The notes below the pieces were generated by a model. It ran no database searches. It was not told the origin of the DNA and worked only from the letters and a program-made list of their open reading frames with translations. The position numbers were made by a program, and so were the translations under genes. 47,863 nucleotides of DNA. It comes from Myxococcales bacterium. Its GTDB lineage: Bacteria > Myxococcota_A > Polyangia > Polyangiales > Polyangiaceae. The DNA lies in the NCBI GenBank assembly GCA_025354825.1, contig JANXMC010000030.1:1-47863 (forward strand), in the 5' to 3' direction. Shown one piece after another: positions 9,133 through 17,209 of this stretch. Position 1 is the first letter of the stretch. Every line of letters begins with the position of its first letter.

Positions 9133-10427
9133 ACGAAGGGCTCGGCCACGCGCGGAACCCCTACGACGACGTGCCCTACCGCTCGCTCCCCATCGAGTGG
9201 ACGGCGCCCGAGCGCCTCGCGCTCACGTCGATGCTGCACGGTGGGCCGCGCCTCTCGCTCGGCTCGTACCGCGTGCTGGAGCTCGGTTGCGGCGACGGCT
9301 CGAACCTTCTGCCGCTTGCTTACTACCGCCGCAACGCAACGTTCGTTGGGGTCGATGCGTCGGCCGTCGCCCTTCGAGCGGCAAAGGCGCACCAGGAGGA
9401 GGCTCACATTGCCAATGTCGGCTTTCTGCACGCCGACATTCTCACAGCCGACGCTCTCCTCGAAGGGACCTTCGACATCATCCTCGCCCACGGTGTGCTG
9501 TCGTGGGTTCCCGCGGACGTTCGCGACGCACTTCTTGGCATTTGCGCGCGCCGTCTCGCGCCGGGGGGTCTCGTCTACTTGAATTACAACGCCCTGCCAG
9601 GGTGGAACGTGCGTGGCATGGTGCGCGACTTTCTCCTCGCGCAGACGGCGGGAATCTCCACGCTTCGCGAGCGAACCACGCGCGCCCAAGAGGCGGCAGC
9701 GGCGATGGCCGCGTCGTTCGGCGCCTCCGTCGACGACCATCCGTATTCGAGGCTCATGGAGCGTGACTTTCGCTTCGTCGTCGAGAGCGACCCCACTTAC
9801 GTCGCGCACGAGTTTCTCTCAACGGAGAACCACGCCTACTGGCGAAGCGACTTCACCGCGCTCACGGCTCGATACGGCCTCACGCACGTCGCGGAAGCCG
9901 ACTTCAACTACCCGTGGAGCCGCGTCCCCGACGGGTTGTCACGTCAACTCGCCGAGGCGAACCTCAGGGGTCGGAGCGCTGACGACACGCTCGACTTGGT
10001 CTCCTACCGCCAACTCTGCTCCCCCATTCTCACGCACGCCCCGTTCACGCCGGTCGCCCCAAGCCACGACGAGCTATCGAGCCTCATCGCCGCGGCATCG
10101 CTCGCACCGCTCCCGCACGACGGCTCGGGTACGAGGCTCTATCGGCACGCGTCGGGCTTCGAGGTCGAAGCGAAAGACGGCGCTGTTGGAGCCGCGTTCG
10201 AACGCCTCGCGCCGCTCTGGCCGCGCGGCCTCCCCATGCGCGAGCTCTTCGCCGATACGGCGGCGTTCCTCGACGACTTCCGCCTGCTCCATCGCCACGG
10301 TCTTCTCGACTTGCGCCTTTGCGAGCCCGCGCACGATGCGCCCCCCAGCGCGCCTCTCAACGCCTGCGAAGCGCGCTGGGGAGGCTACGCGACGTCGCCC
10401 TACCACGTGCGGAGTGCGCAGCAGTAG
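9129..10427 (+). CDS. Class I SAM-dependent methyltransferase with a C-terminal methyltransferase-regulatory-type domain
   Basis: SAM motif I VLELGCGDGSNLLPLA. The roughly 430-aa length and the long helical C-terminal half fit the Methyltransf_12 plus MethyTransf_Reg architecture. The start is inferred at GTG 9129 (VNEGLGHARNPYDD). Confidence 0.75.
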   Translation: MNEGLGHARNPYDDVPYRSLPIEWTAPERLALTSMLHGGPRLSLGSYRVLELGCGDGSNLLPLAYYRRNATFVGVDASAVALRAAKAHQEEAHIANVGFLHADILTADALLEGTFDIILAHGVLSWVPADVRDALLGICARRLAPGGLVYLNYNALPGWNVRGMVRDFLLAQTAGISTLRERTTRAQEAAAAMAASFGASVDDHPYSRLMERDFRFVVESDPTYVAHEFLSTENHAYWRSDFTALTARYGLTHVAEADFNYPWSRVPDGLSRQLAEANLRGRSADDTLDLVSYRQLCSPILTHAPFTPVAPSHDELSSLIAAASLAPLPHDGSGTRLYRHASGFEVEAKDGAVGAAFERLAPLWPRGLPMRELFADTAAFLDDFRLLHRHGLLDLRLCEPAHDAPPSAPLNACEARWGGYATSPYHVRSAQQ

Positions 10428-10493
10428 CGCCCGAAGCTCGACCACACACCGGCACGACGGAAGGGGCCTCGCCACGCTACGCTTCGACCGTTC

Positions 10494-10814
10494 ATGCCCG
10501 TCGCGTCGCATCACGAAGACTTACCGTTCGCGGCGGGGTCGAGCCCCTTTCGATTGAAGGGGATCGTCTACCGCGCCCACTGCGAGTACGCGGCGGCGTT
10601 CATTCCTGGAGGCGAGCGCGCCGTGAACGCGATGCTCACGCGCTCCGATCTACGCGCGTTCTTCGAGCAGCGTTTCTTGGCGTCGTCTTGGTACGACGCG
10701 CTCCCCATCGTCCCCATATGGCACGCCTGCGCCCAGGTTCTCCAAATGAACGCAAGCGAGTTTTTGCGTATTCGGACCCGACATCAAGCGCGGCAAGACA
10801 TTCACGGCGCCTGA
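10494..10814 (+). CDS. Hypothetical protein; likely frame-broken at a T5 run and continuing to 10914
   Basis: Strong coding periodicity in 10561-10620. After the T5 run at 10761-10765 the GC3 signal moves to the +1 frame (DIKRGKTFTAPDVTIESSLKGQTAGAQDVSVAAHFKNSSLPLGS, stop at 10912-10914). Confidence 0.5.
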   Translation: MPVASHHEDLPFAAGSSPFRLKGIVYRAHCEYAAAFIPGGERAVNAMLTRSDLRAFFEQRFLASSWYDALPIVPIWHACAQVLQMNASEFLRIRTRHQARQDIHGA

Positions 10815-10936
10815 CGTTACGATCGAGTCGAGCCTCAAGGGGCAGACAGCGGGCGCTCAAGACGTCTCCGTCGCGGCGCACTTTAAGAACAGCTCTCTGC
10901 CCCTTGGAAGCTGACGGTCGGACTACGCCAGACGAA

Positions 10937-11692
10937 TCAGGCCTTGCCCTGCTGATGAATCGCGAACCAGGCCCCCTGCGGATCGGTTAATTGAGCGATG
11001 CGCCCGCCGTCGGGAACCGGCATCGGGCCGCTCATGATCTTCGCGCCGTGCGCCGTCGCCCGCACGAGCGCGGCGTCGAGATCGTTCGATTCCACGTAGT
11101 AGACCCACTGCGTCGCGATTCCGCCGGGCGGCACCGTCATCATTCCTCCGAGGGCTTTCTCGCCGACTCCAAAGAGGCGGTACATCCCGTGGCCGGTGTC
11201 CATCTCGTGGATGGTCTTCCACCCGAAAAGCTCTGCGTAGAATTGGTATGCAGCGCCGGCATCCGACGTGAAGAGCTCGCTCCAGCAGAATGCGCCCTCC
11301 TTCGTTGAATCTTGCGCGCCCCCCTTTTGAGCCGGCGTGAAGAGCGCGACGGGGGCGCCTTGCGGGTCGGCGATGAAGGCGAAGCGACCAACGGTGGGCA
11401 CTGTGCCGGCTTCGCGCAGCACGGTGCCGCCGAGCTTCTGGACGAGAGCGACCGAGGCGTCGACGTCTTCGACGTGCACATAGGAGTACCATCCGAGAGG
11501 CGCATCTTCAGCGGGCGGCGACATCACCCCGCCGAGGGGGCCTTGGCCGTTCACCCACATCGCGTAGTCCGAGCCTTGGCCGAACGGCTGAATCGTCCAG
11601 CCGAAGACCTCCGTGTAGAATGCAATTGCCGCTTTCGGGTCGCGGGTGAAGTGCTCGTACCAAACGAAGGTGCCCTTGTTCGAAGTTGTCAT
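10937..11692 (-). CDS. Two-domain VOC (glyoxalase/bleomycin-resistance/dioxygenase) family protein
   Basis: 251 aa with duplicated modules: FVWYEHFTRDPKAAIAFYTEVFGW... and FCWSELFTSDAGAAYQFYAELFGW... Confidence 0.85.
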   Translation of the reverse strand: MTTSNKGTFVWYEHFTRDPKAAIAFYTEVFGWTIQPFGQGSDYAMWVNGQGPLGGVMSPPAEDAPLGWYSYVHVEDVDASVALVQKLGGTVLREAGTVPTVGRFAFIADPQGAPVALFTPAQKGGAQDSTKEGAFCWSELFTSDAGAAYQFYAELFGWKTIHEMDTGHGMYRLFGVGEKALGGMMTVPPGGIATQWVYYVESNDLDAALVRATAHGAKIMSGPMPVPDGGRIAQLTDPQGAWFAIHQQGKA

Positions 11693-11766
11693 CGCGGTAT
11701 CTCCAGCGTGCGCCTGCGAGCGTCGTAGTTCGGGGGGGGGCGATGATAGCGCTAGACTGGCGGCCG

Positions 11767-12040
11767 ATGGCGCGGCGCTTCGCTCTCTTCTGCATTCTCA
11801 TGGGCTGCGCGTCGGGGACGCCGAACGCGAGCGTGCGGCCTCTCGAGACCGTTACGTCGCGCGCGTTCTCACGCGGCCTCTACGCAGGCGCCAGGCATCA
11901 CGACCCTCGCCATCGAGCCCGCTCGCGCCTACTACGGCGATCAACGCGACTTCGGCGTGATGCTTCGGGGCCCCGCGCGCCTTCCCGAAGGGGCCGCACG
12001 TTTCCTCGCGTCGGTCACGCAAGCGTTCGCGCGGCCTTAA
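11767..12040 (+). pseudogene. Small lipoprotein gene with an apparent frameshift near 11890
   Basis: ATG 11767 gives MARRFALFCILMGCASGTPNASVRPLETVTSRAFSRGLYAG (lipobox LMGC) with high GC3. After about 11890, high GC3 and protein-like sequence switch to another frame (GITTLAIEPARAYYGDQRDFGVMLRGPARLPEGAARFLASVTQAFARP, stop at 12038-12040). Confidence 0.35.
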
Positions 12041-12051
12041 CCGTCACGCGT

Positions 12052-13656
12052 TTAGGGTGACAGCTTTCCGATGAACGGGAGCTGCACCGTAGATGTGAGC
12101 CCGTGGCCGCAGAAGTCGACGGCGCCATCGGAGAGCCCCGTGACGAAGAACGCGCCACCGCCCGCGCCCGCGGTGCGGAGCCCTTGGGAGCTCGTGGCAC
12201 CAGCGTAGCTCCCGGCCCAATCGAGGGCGCCTGTAGCGCCTATATGAGCAAAATAGATAGCGCCATTGGCGGTCGCGGGAGTGGGCAATACGCCATTGCC
12301 GAAATCGAGCACGCCGGTATACGTGCCAATCACGCCGATGCTACCACTCGCATCGACTGCGACGCCGTTCATCTGCTGAAACCCTGCGGCGCCGTAGCGG
12401 TTCGACCAGAGGCCGTTCCCCGTAGCACCGAGCTTGGCGACGAAGAGATCGCCATCCTCGCCGGTTTTTGCGCCGCTGCCGACGTCGACAGTGCCGGAGA
12501 CGATGGCGCCGAGGACGACTTCGCCCGCCGCGCTGACCGCGAACGCGTCGACACGTTGGGCCGCGGCGTCGCCGTAAAGGTTGCTGTAGACGTGCGCTCC
12601 GGCCGTTGTCAGCTTCGCAATGAACATATCCGTACTTCCGCCAAACGGTCGCACGCCGCCGCCGAAGTCGACGGCCTCGGTGGCCTGGCCCGCGATATAG
12701 ACATTGCCGGCGGCGTCGACTTTCACGCCCCCCGGGGAAACGGCGATGCCGTTCCAAACTTTGCTCCACTGCGCGACGCCCGCGCGATTGAGCTTCGCGA
12801 TGACGGTCGACGTGGTGCCGGAGCGGGACGTGAGAGGGCCGTTGCCCAAATCGATCGTCCCCTGGAACGTCCCCGCGAGAAAGACGTTTCCTGCAGCGTC
12901 GACGGCGACGCCCGCGCCGCGGTCCTGCGCGGCGTCGCCGAAGCGAACGGCCCAGCGCGCGTTCCCTGCGCTGTCGAAGGAGGCGACGAAGCCGTCGAGA
13001 TCGGTGACCGCCGTCGTGGTGAGGGTCGTCGTCCCGAAGCTTGCGAGAAGTCGGTAATAGCCCGTGACCGCAATATCTCCTCCGCTGCCAACCGAGATCG
13101 CCTGGCCGCTGAGGGCCCCCTGGGCGTTCGCGGTGCCAGTTTGGTCTTTCGGACTATAGACGTGGGCCCACAGCTCGTTGCCCGACGCGTCGACCTTCGC
13201 GAGCGGGAGATCGTTGAGACCCACGGCGGCGAGCGGCGTTGTGCCGAAGTTCATCGAACCGGGGAATTGCCCCGTGAAGTAGGCATTCCCGAGGGCGTCC
13301 GAGTCCGTGCCCCAAAGTGTCGCGAGCGTCGTCGTCCCCACCCGTTTCGTCCACGTCGCGGCGTGCGTCGCGCAGCTTGCGTCGGGCCCGCTGTCGGCGG
13401 CGGGAATTACCGCGACGTCGGCGCCCGCGTCGACGGTTGCCACGGCGACGTCGACGCCTGCGTCGTGCGGCGTTGGAGAAGGGGCCGCGTCGCGCGCGGC
13501 TCCCGCGTCGGGTCGTGGTGTGCTGGCGTCGACACCCGTCCCTCCGTTCGGATTCGACGGATCCGAGACGCATGCGCCCGCCGCGGCGCACACGACGAAG
13601 GGGAGCGCTGCGACGAGGCGAAACGGACGATTGGGCATGACCTGCGAGCATCGCAC
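12052..13656 (-). CDS. Secreted/lipoprotein beta-propeller repeat protein (SBBP-type repeats)
   Basis: The signal plus AAGAC lipobox suggests a likely start at ATG 13638. Repeats recur about every 45-50 aa: GNAYFTGQFPGSMNFG, GDIAVTGYYRLLASFG, GNVFLAGTFQGTIDLG, GNVYIAGQATEAVDFG, GEVVLGAIVSGTVDVG, GSIGVIGTYTGVLDFG. Confidence 0.8.
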   Translation of the reverse strand: MRCSQVMPNRPFRLVAALPFVVCAAAGACVSDPSNPNGGTGVDASTPRPDAGAARDAAPSPTPHDAGVDVAVATVDAGADVAVIPAADSGPDASCATHAATWTKRVGTTTLATLWGTDSDALGNAYFTGQFPGSMNFGTTPLAAVGLNDLPLAKVDASGNELWAHVYSPKDQTGTANAQGALSGQAISVGSGGDIAVTGYYRLLASFGTTTLTTTAVTDLDGFVASFDSAGNARWAVRFGDAAQDRGAGVAVDAAGNVFLAGTFQGTIDLGNGPLTSRSGTTSTVIAKLNRAGVAQWSKVWNGIAVSPGGVKVDAAGNVYIAGQATEAVDFGGGVRPFGGSTDMFIAKLTTAGAHVYSNLYGDAAAQRVDAFAVSAAGEVVLGAIVSGTVDVGSGAKTGEDGDLFVAKLGATGNGLWSNRYGAAGFQQMNGVAVDASGSIGVIGTYTGVLDFGNGVLPTPATANGAIYFAHIGATGALDWAGSYAGATSSQGLRTAGAGGGAFFVTGLSDGAVDFCGHGLTSTVQLPFIGKLSP

Positions 13657-13802
13657 CGTTCTTCGGCGGCGAGCCTCTCTCTCTTCGCGTGCCTGTCTCG
13701 GTGCCGTGGCCGCGCGCGATCCTGAATGGGATGACGCCTGAAAGTGTGTACAGCTGTAGGCGCGCGCGGGCGCGAAGGCCCCTCACAGGCTAGGGTGCCG
13801 CG

Positions 13803-14054
13803 ATGACCACGAAACAAAACTCCCTGATTGCCCGCGCCAACCTCTTCGTCACGCGCGCGCGCATGGCGAACGCCCACGGTTCGGCCCAGGGGCGGGCGTT
13901 CCGGGCGCGTCAGGTGGCGAAGGACAAGCGCGACCTCGAGGCACGCAAAGTCCAGGCGCAGCTCGCGGCCGATGCCGCCGAGGCCGGAACGGCCGGCGCA
14001 GATCCCGCTGCCGAAGCGCCCGCCGCCGCAGCACCGAAAGCCACGACGAAGTAG
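13803..14054 (+). CDS. Small basic/Ala-rich hypothetical protein
   Basis: 83-aa ORF ending 11 nt before the next gene on the same strand. No recognisable domain. Confidence 0.4.
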   Translation: MTTKQNSLIARANLFVTRARMANAHGSAQGRAFRARQVAKDKRDLEARKVQAQLAADAAEAGTAGADPAAEAPAAAAPKATTK

Positions 14055-14065
14055 CGACGAACCTC

Positions 14066-14887
14066 GTGAGCCTCCTGCGCGCCTTAGGGGTCGACGTCCT
14101 CCGCGTGGGGCCTGGTCTCGTGTGCTTCGCCCTCGCAGCCTGTGATCCGCGTGAGAATGCGAAGGCGGGCGACTTCGACGCGACACCCTCGTCGATGCCG
14201 CCCACGCTCGCGGGCGCGCCTCCGCAGGCCGCGGCGTCGTGCATCACCCGGCAGACCACCCCCTTCGCCGAGAGCGCCCACAGCGCGATCATCGAAGTGA
14301 CGGTGAGGCTCGATCGCTGCCGCGTCGTCCCCGTCGTCGCGCCCCGTTTGACGACGCTCGATGCGCTCGCCCCGGTCGGCGCGCTCGTTGGCATTAACGG
14401 CGGCTACTTCGATATCAACGAGCGCCCGCTCGGATTGCGACGGATCGCCGGCGTCGAGCGGAGCGCGCCGTGGGCAAAGGCCCATGGCGGCGTCGTCGCC
14501 TTTGGGGGGGCACGCCTCTTCGTTGGCCCGCGCGCCCTCATGCCGAGCGACGTCGAGTCGGCCGTGCAGTGCAAGCCGCTCCTCGTCGAGCGCGACGGCG
14601 AAAACGGGATTGCGACCGACGACGGGCGCCGTGCCGCACGCACCACGGCGTGCGATACGGGCGATGGCGCGGCCCACTTCGTTCTGTTCATTCCCGCGGC
14701 CAACGGCGGCCCTACGCTTCGCGAGACGGCGGAGATTCTCCGCGCGCCCCGTGAAAAGGGCGGCTTCGGCTGCCGCGCGGCGCTGAATCTCGACGGCGGC
14801 CCTTCGACCGGCGTCTGGTTCGCGGCGGGCGGGTCGACGCTCCCTCCCGGCCGCATCGTCGACGGCCTCTTCGTCGTGCCGAGGTGA
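14066..14887 (+). CDS. Phosphodiester glycosidase (NAGPA/DUF2233) family lipoprotein
   Basis: GTG start, lipobox FALAAC. INGGYFD and ALNLDGGPSTG are the family signatures. Confidence 0.75.
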   Translation: MSLLRALGVDVLRVGPGLVCFALAACDPRENAKAGDFDATPSSMPPTLAGAPPQAAASCITRQTTPFAESAHSAIIEVTVRLDRCRVVPVVAPRLTTLDALAPVGALVGINGGYFDINERPLGLRRIAGVERSAPWAKAHGGVVAFGGARLFVGPRALMPSDVESAVQCKPLLVERDGENGIATDDGRRAARTTACDTGDGAAHFVLFIPAANGGPTLRETAEILRAPREKGGFGCRAALNLDGGPSTGVWFAAGGSTLPPGRIVDGLFVVPR

Positions 14888-15354
14888 GCTAAACGTCGAG
14901 GGGCCGAAAGCCCACCCGCGCCCCGACGGCATGGGCGTGAATAGGCAACGACGCGCACACCGGCGTGGTCGCTGCGCACCCACTTCGTGAGCGTATCGAG
15001 CCCATCACGGGAGATGCTACGCGAGCCCGAACGCGCCCTTCAGCCGCGGCGCAAATGCCTTGCGATCGCGAGGGCGACGGCATGACGCGCCTTTGGGCTC
15101 GCTTCGTCGGTGATTTCGATCTTCAACCAGCGGGCAAAGCGTTTCAATGCGTGCACGTTGCATTGATTGAGGAGCTCGAACTCCATGGGGACCGATCGCG
15201 GCGGACCGCCACGCCTGCGATGCGTTCGGGTGCGTGGGCGGCTGCGAGGGCGAGACTTCACGACCGACGTCGTAGCAGGTAGAGGCGCGAGAATGCGGGC
15301 CGTACCCCTGCGTCGACTTTGCGTGACGGCCGCGTCGACCTGAGAGACAAGAGA

Positions 15355-15885
15355 ATGATGACTCTCAAGCTCGCATCCGCCGCGCTCGCGCTGTCCTTAT
15401 TCGCCCTGTGCACGCTGTCGGGCTGCAAAAAGGACGATGCCCCCTCGGGCCCTTCGGGCAATCCCAAAGAGGCGACCGACTCCAAGGGCGCCGCGCCTAC
15501 TGTGACGGCCTACAGCCGCCGCGCGGTTTCGTGCGCCGAGATCATTGCGGGGCTACGCGACGGCGTCGGCAACGAGACCGTCGCGAAGGGGACGTGGGGG
15601 AACGCTCCGAAAGAGATGCAGGTGCTCCCGCCCGGCGCCGAACTGTGTGGATCGGACATCGCGCGCAAGACACCCGTCATCAAGTCGGCGCTTTTCGGAG
15701 ATGCGCTCGGCGACTTTTACAAGCCCATCGCCGCGTCCATGGGGTGCACGTGGAAGGGGGTCGAAATTCAGGGGAACGATCGCCTGAAGACGACCCAAGT
15801 CGGCTTCAAATGCCCGCAAAAAGCGGGCGGAACGAGCCTTGTCCACACCGACTCGGGCTCCGAGTTTTACCACATCAGCTTCTGA
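15355..15885 (+). CDS. Hypothetical lipoprotein
   Basis: MMTLKLASAALALSLFALCTLSGCKKDD is a classic signal plus lipobox. The start is taken at ATG 15355 inside track ORF 15319-15885. Confidence 0.7.
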   Translation: MMTLKLASAALALSLFALCTLSGCKKDDAPSGPSGNPKEATDSKGAAPTVTAYSRRAVSCAEIIAGLRDGVGNETVAKGTWGNAPKEMQVLPPGAELCGSDIARKTPVIKSALFGDALGDFYKPIAASMGCTWKGVEIQGNDRLKTTQVGFKCPQKAGGTSLVHTDSGSEFYHISF

Positions 15886-15889
15886 GGCC

Positions 15890-16915
15890 TCACCAACGCT
15901 TCTGCACGTTCGCGATGAACTTGTAGGGGTAGCCGAGGTCGAAGGCGCTCGCGTCGTCGAGCTTCTTTACGTCGTCGGCTGTGAGCTTTACATCGGCCGC
16001 CTTTAGGTTGTCGTCCAGCTGCGCGACCGAGCGCGCCCCGAAGATCACAGACGAAACCGTGGGCTTCGCAAGGAGCCACGCGAGGGAAATGGCGGCGGGC
16101 GTCGTCTCCTTCTCTTTGGCCATCGAGGTGACGGCATCGAGCGTCCCCCAACCACGGGCGTTGTCGAAGTCGGCAAACCCCTGTTTCCACTTCTCGAGGC
16201 GAACGCCAGGGGGCGGCGGCTTGTCCTTCGCGTATTTGCCCGACAGAAAGCCTGCGGCGAGGGGCGACCAGGGGAGGACGCCTAGGCCGAACTTGCTGCA
16301 GACCGGGATATGCTCGCGCTCGAGATCACGCACCATCAGGCTGTATTGCATCTGCAAGGCGACGAACCTGTGGAGGTGCTCGCTCTTCGAGATCCACTGG
16401 CTGTCGGTGAGCCGGTACGCCGCGTAGTTGCTGGCGCCGAGGTAGAGCACCTTGCCGCTCCTCACGAGGTCGTCGAGGGCACGAAGCGTCTCTTCTTCGG
16501 GCGTTTCGATGTCTTGCATATGGATTTGGTAGAGATCGATTCGATCCGTCTTCAAACGGCGAAGGCTCTCTTCCACGGCCCGAACGATGCGGTAGCGCGA
16601 TGCTCCTGTGCCGTTAGCCCCTTCGCCCATCCGAAATCGAAATTTGGTGGCGAGGACGACGCGGTCGCGGCTGTTCGACTCGGCCATCCATGCGCCGACG
16701 ATCCGTTCCGAGAGCCCCTCCTGCCCGTAAACGTCGGCCGTATCGATGAAGCTCACACCACGCTCGAGGGCGCGGCTCATGATCGCGAAGGCCGTCTTTT
16801 CGTCGCAGCCGACCTTGTGCATGAACGACGCATCGTTGGCCTCGCCAAACGTCATTGCGCCGAGGCAGAGCACGGGAACCTTGAGCCCGCTTGTTCCAAG
16901 TGATCGGTAATCCAT
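15890..16915 (-). CDS. Aldo/keto reductase
   Basis: 341 aa. MDYRSLGTSGLKVPVLCLGAMTFG ... IDTADVYG ... the length and motifs are typical of the AKR family. Confidence 0.9.
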   Translation of the reverse strand: MDYRSLGTSGLKVPVLCLGAMTFGEANDASFMHKVGCDEKTAFAIMSRALERGVSFIDTADVYGQEGLSERIVGAWMAESNSRDRVVLATKFRFRMGEGANGTGASRYRIVRAVEESLRRLKTDRIDLYQIHMQDIETPEEETLRALDDLVRSGKVLYLGASNYAAYRLTDSQWISKSEHLHRFVALQMQYSLMVRDLEREHIPVCSKFGLGVLPWSPLAAGFLSGKYAKDKPPPPGVRLEKWKQGFADFDNARGWGTLDAVTSMAKEKETTPAAISLAWLLAKPTVSSVIFGARSVAQLDDNLKAADVKLTADDVKKLDDASAFDLGYPYKFIANVQKRW

Positions 16916-17050
16916 AGTCCGCGCTTTCTTTTGCGAGTGCCTGTTCGGGAGGCCGCGGACGATACCTCACCCTCGCCACCGCCTGTCGTGCGCGAACGAT
17001 TTCGAGCGGACCCATGGATAAAACGATCCGGCAGAAAGCGCCCAAAAACG

Positions 17051-17099
17051 GTGATTGGCGTCAATGTCCTACATCGGTCCCGGGGCTTTGTGATTGGCG
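17051..17099. promoter_or_regulatory. Two copies of GTGATTGGCG 39 bp apart in a divergent intergenic region
   Basis: 17051-17060 and 17090-17099 are identical. They lie between the AKR gene (start 16915, minus strand) and the tyrosinase-like gene (start 17210, plus strand). Confidence 0.25.
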
Positions 17100-17209
17100 C
17101 GTTCTGTGCGTAGGGCGCCCGCAGCGATGCCCGCGGCGACGCGCCTCTCGAGGCGGTCCCGCGAAGGCGCGCCTTTGAGCACACGCTCGTTCCTCGGGAG
17201 AAATTCGAT

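Noticed and set aside
10836-10906. Perfect 11-bp inverted repeat CAAGGGGCAGA / TCTGCCCCTTG between convergent genes; I considered it as a bidirectional terminator
   Set aside because: The 49-nt loop is too large for an intrinsic terminator and there is no T tract. The element probably lies inside the frameshift-extended ORF that ends at 10914.
12103-13725. 540-aa plus-strand ORF
   Set aside because: It is antisense to the repeat-bearing beta-propeller gene 12052-13656. Its composition is Arg/Ala/Gly-rich with no motifs, a typical shadow frame in high-GC DNA.
15040-15261. 73-aa minus-strand ORF (..MEFELLNQCNVHALKRFARWLKIEITDEASPKARHAVALAIARHL..)
   Set aside because: The periodicity is weak (third-position GC about 70% in 15061-15120) and there is no RBS or family match. 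It may be a real small gene, but I cannot support it.
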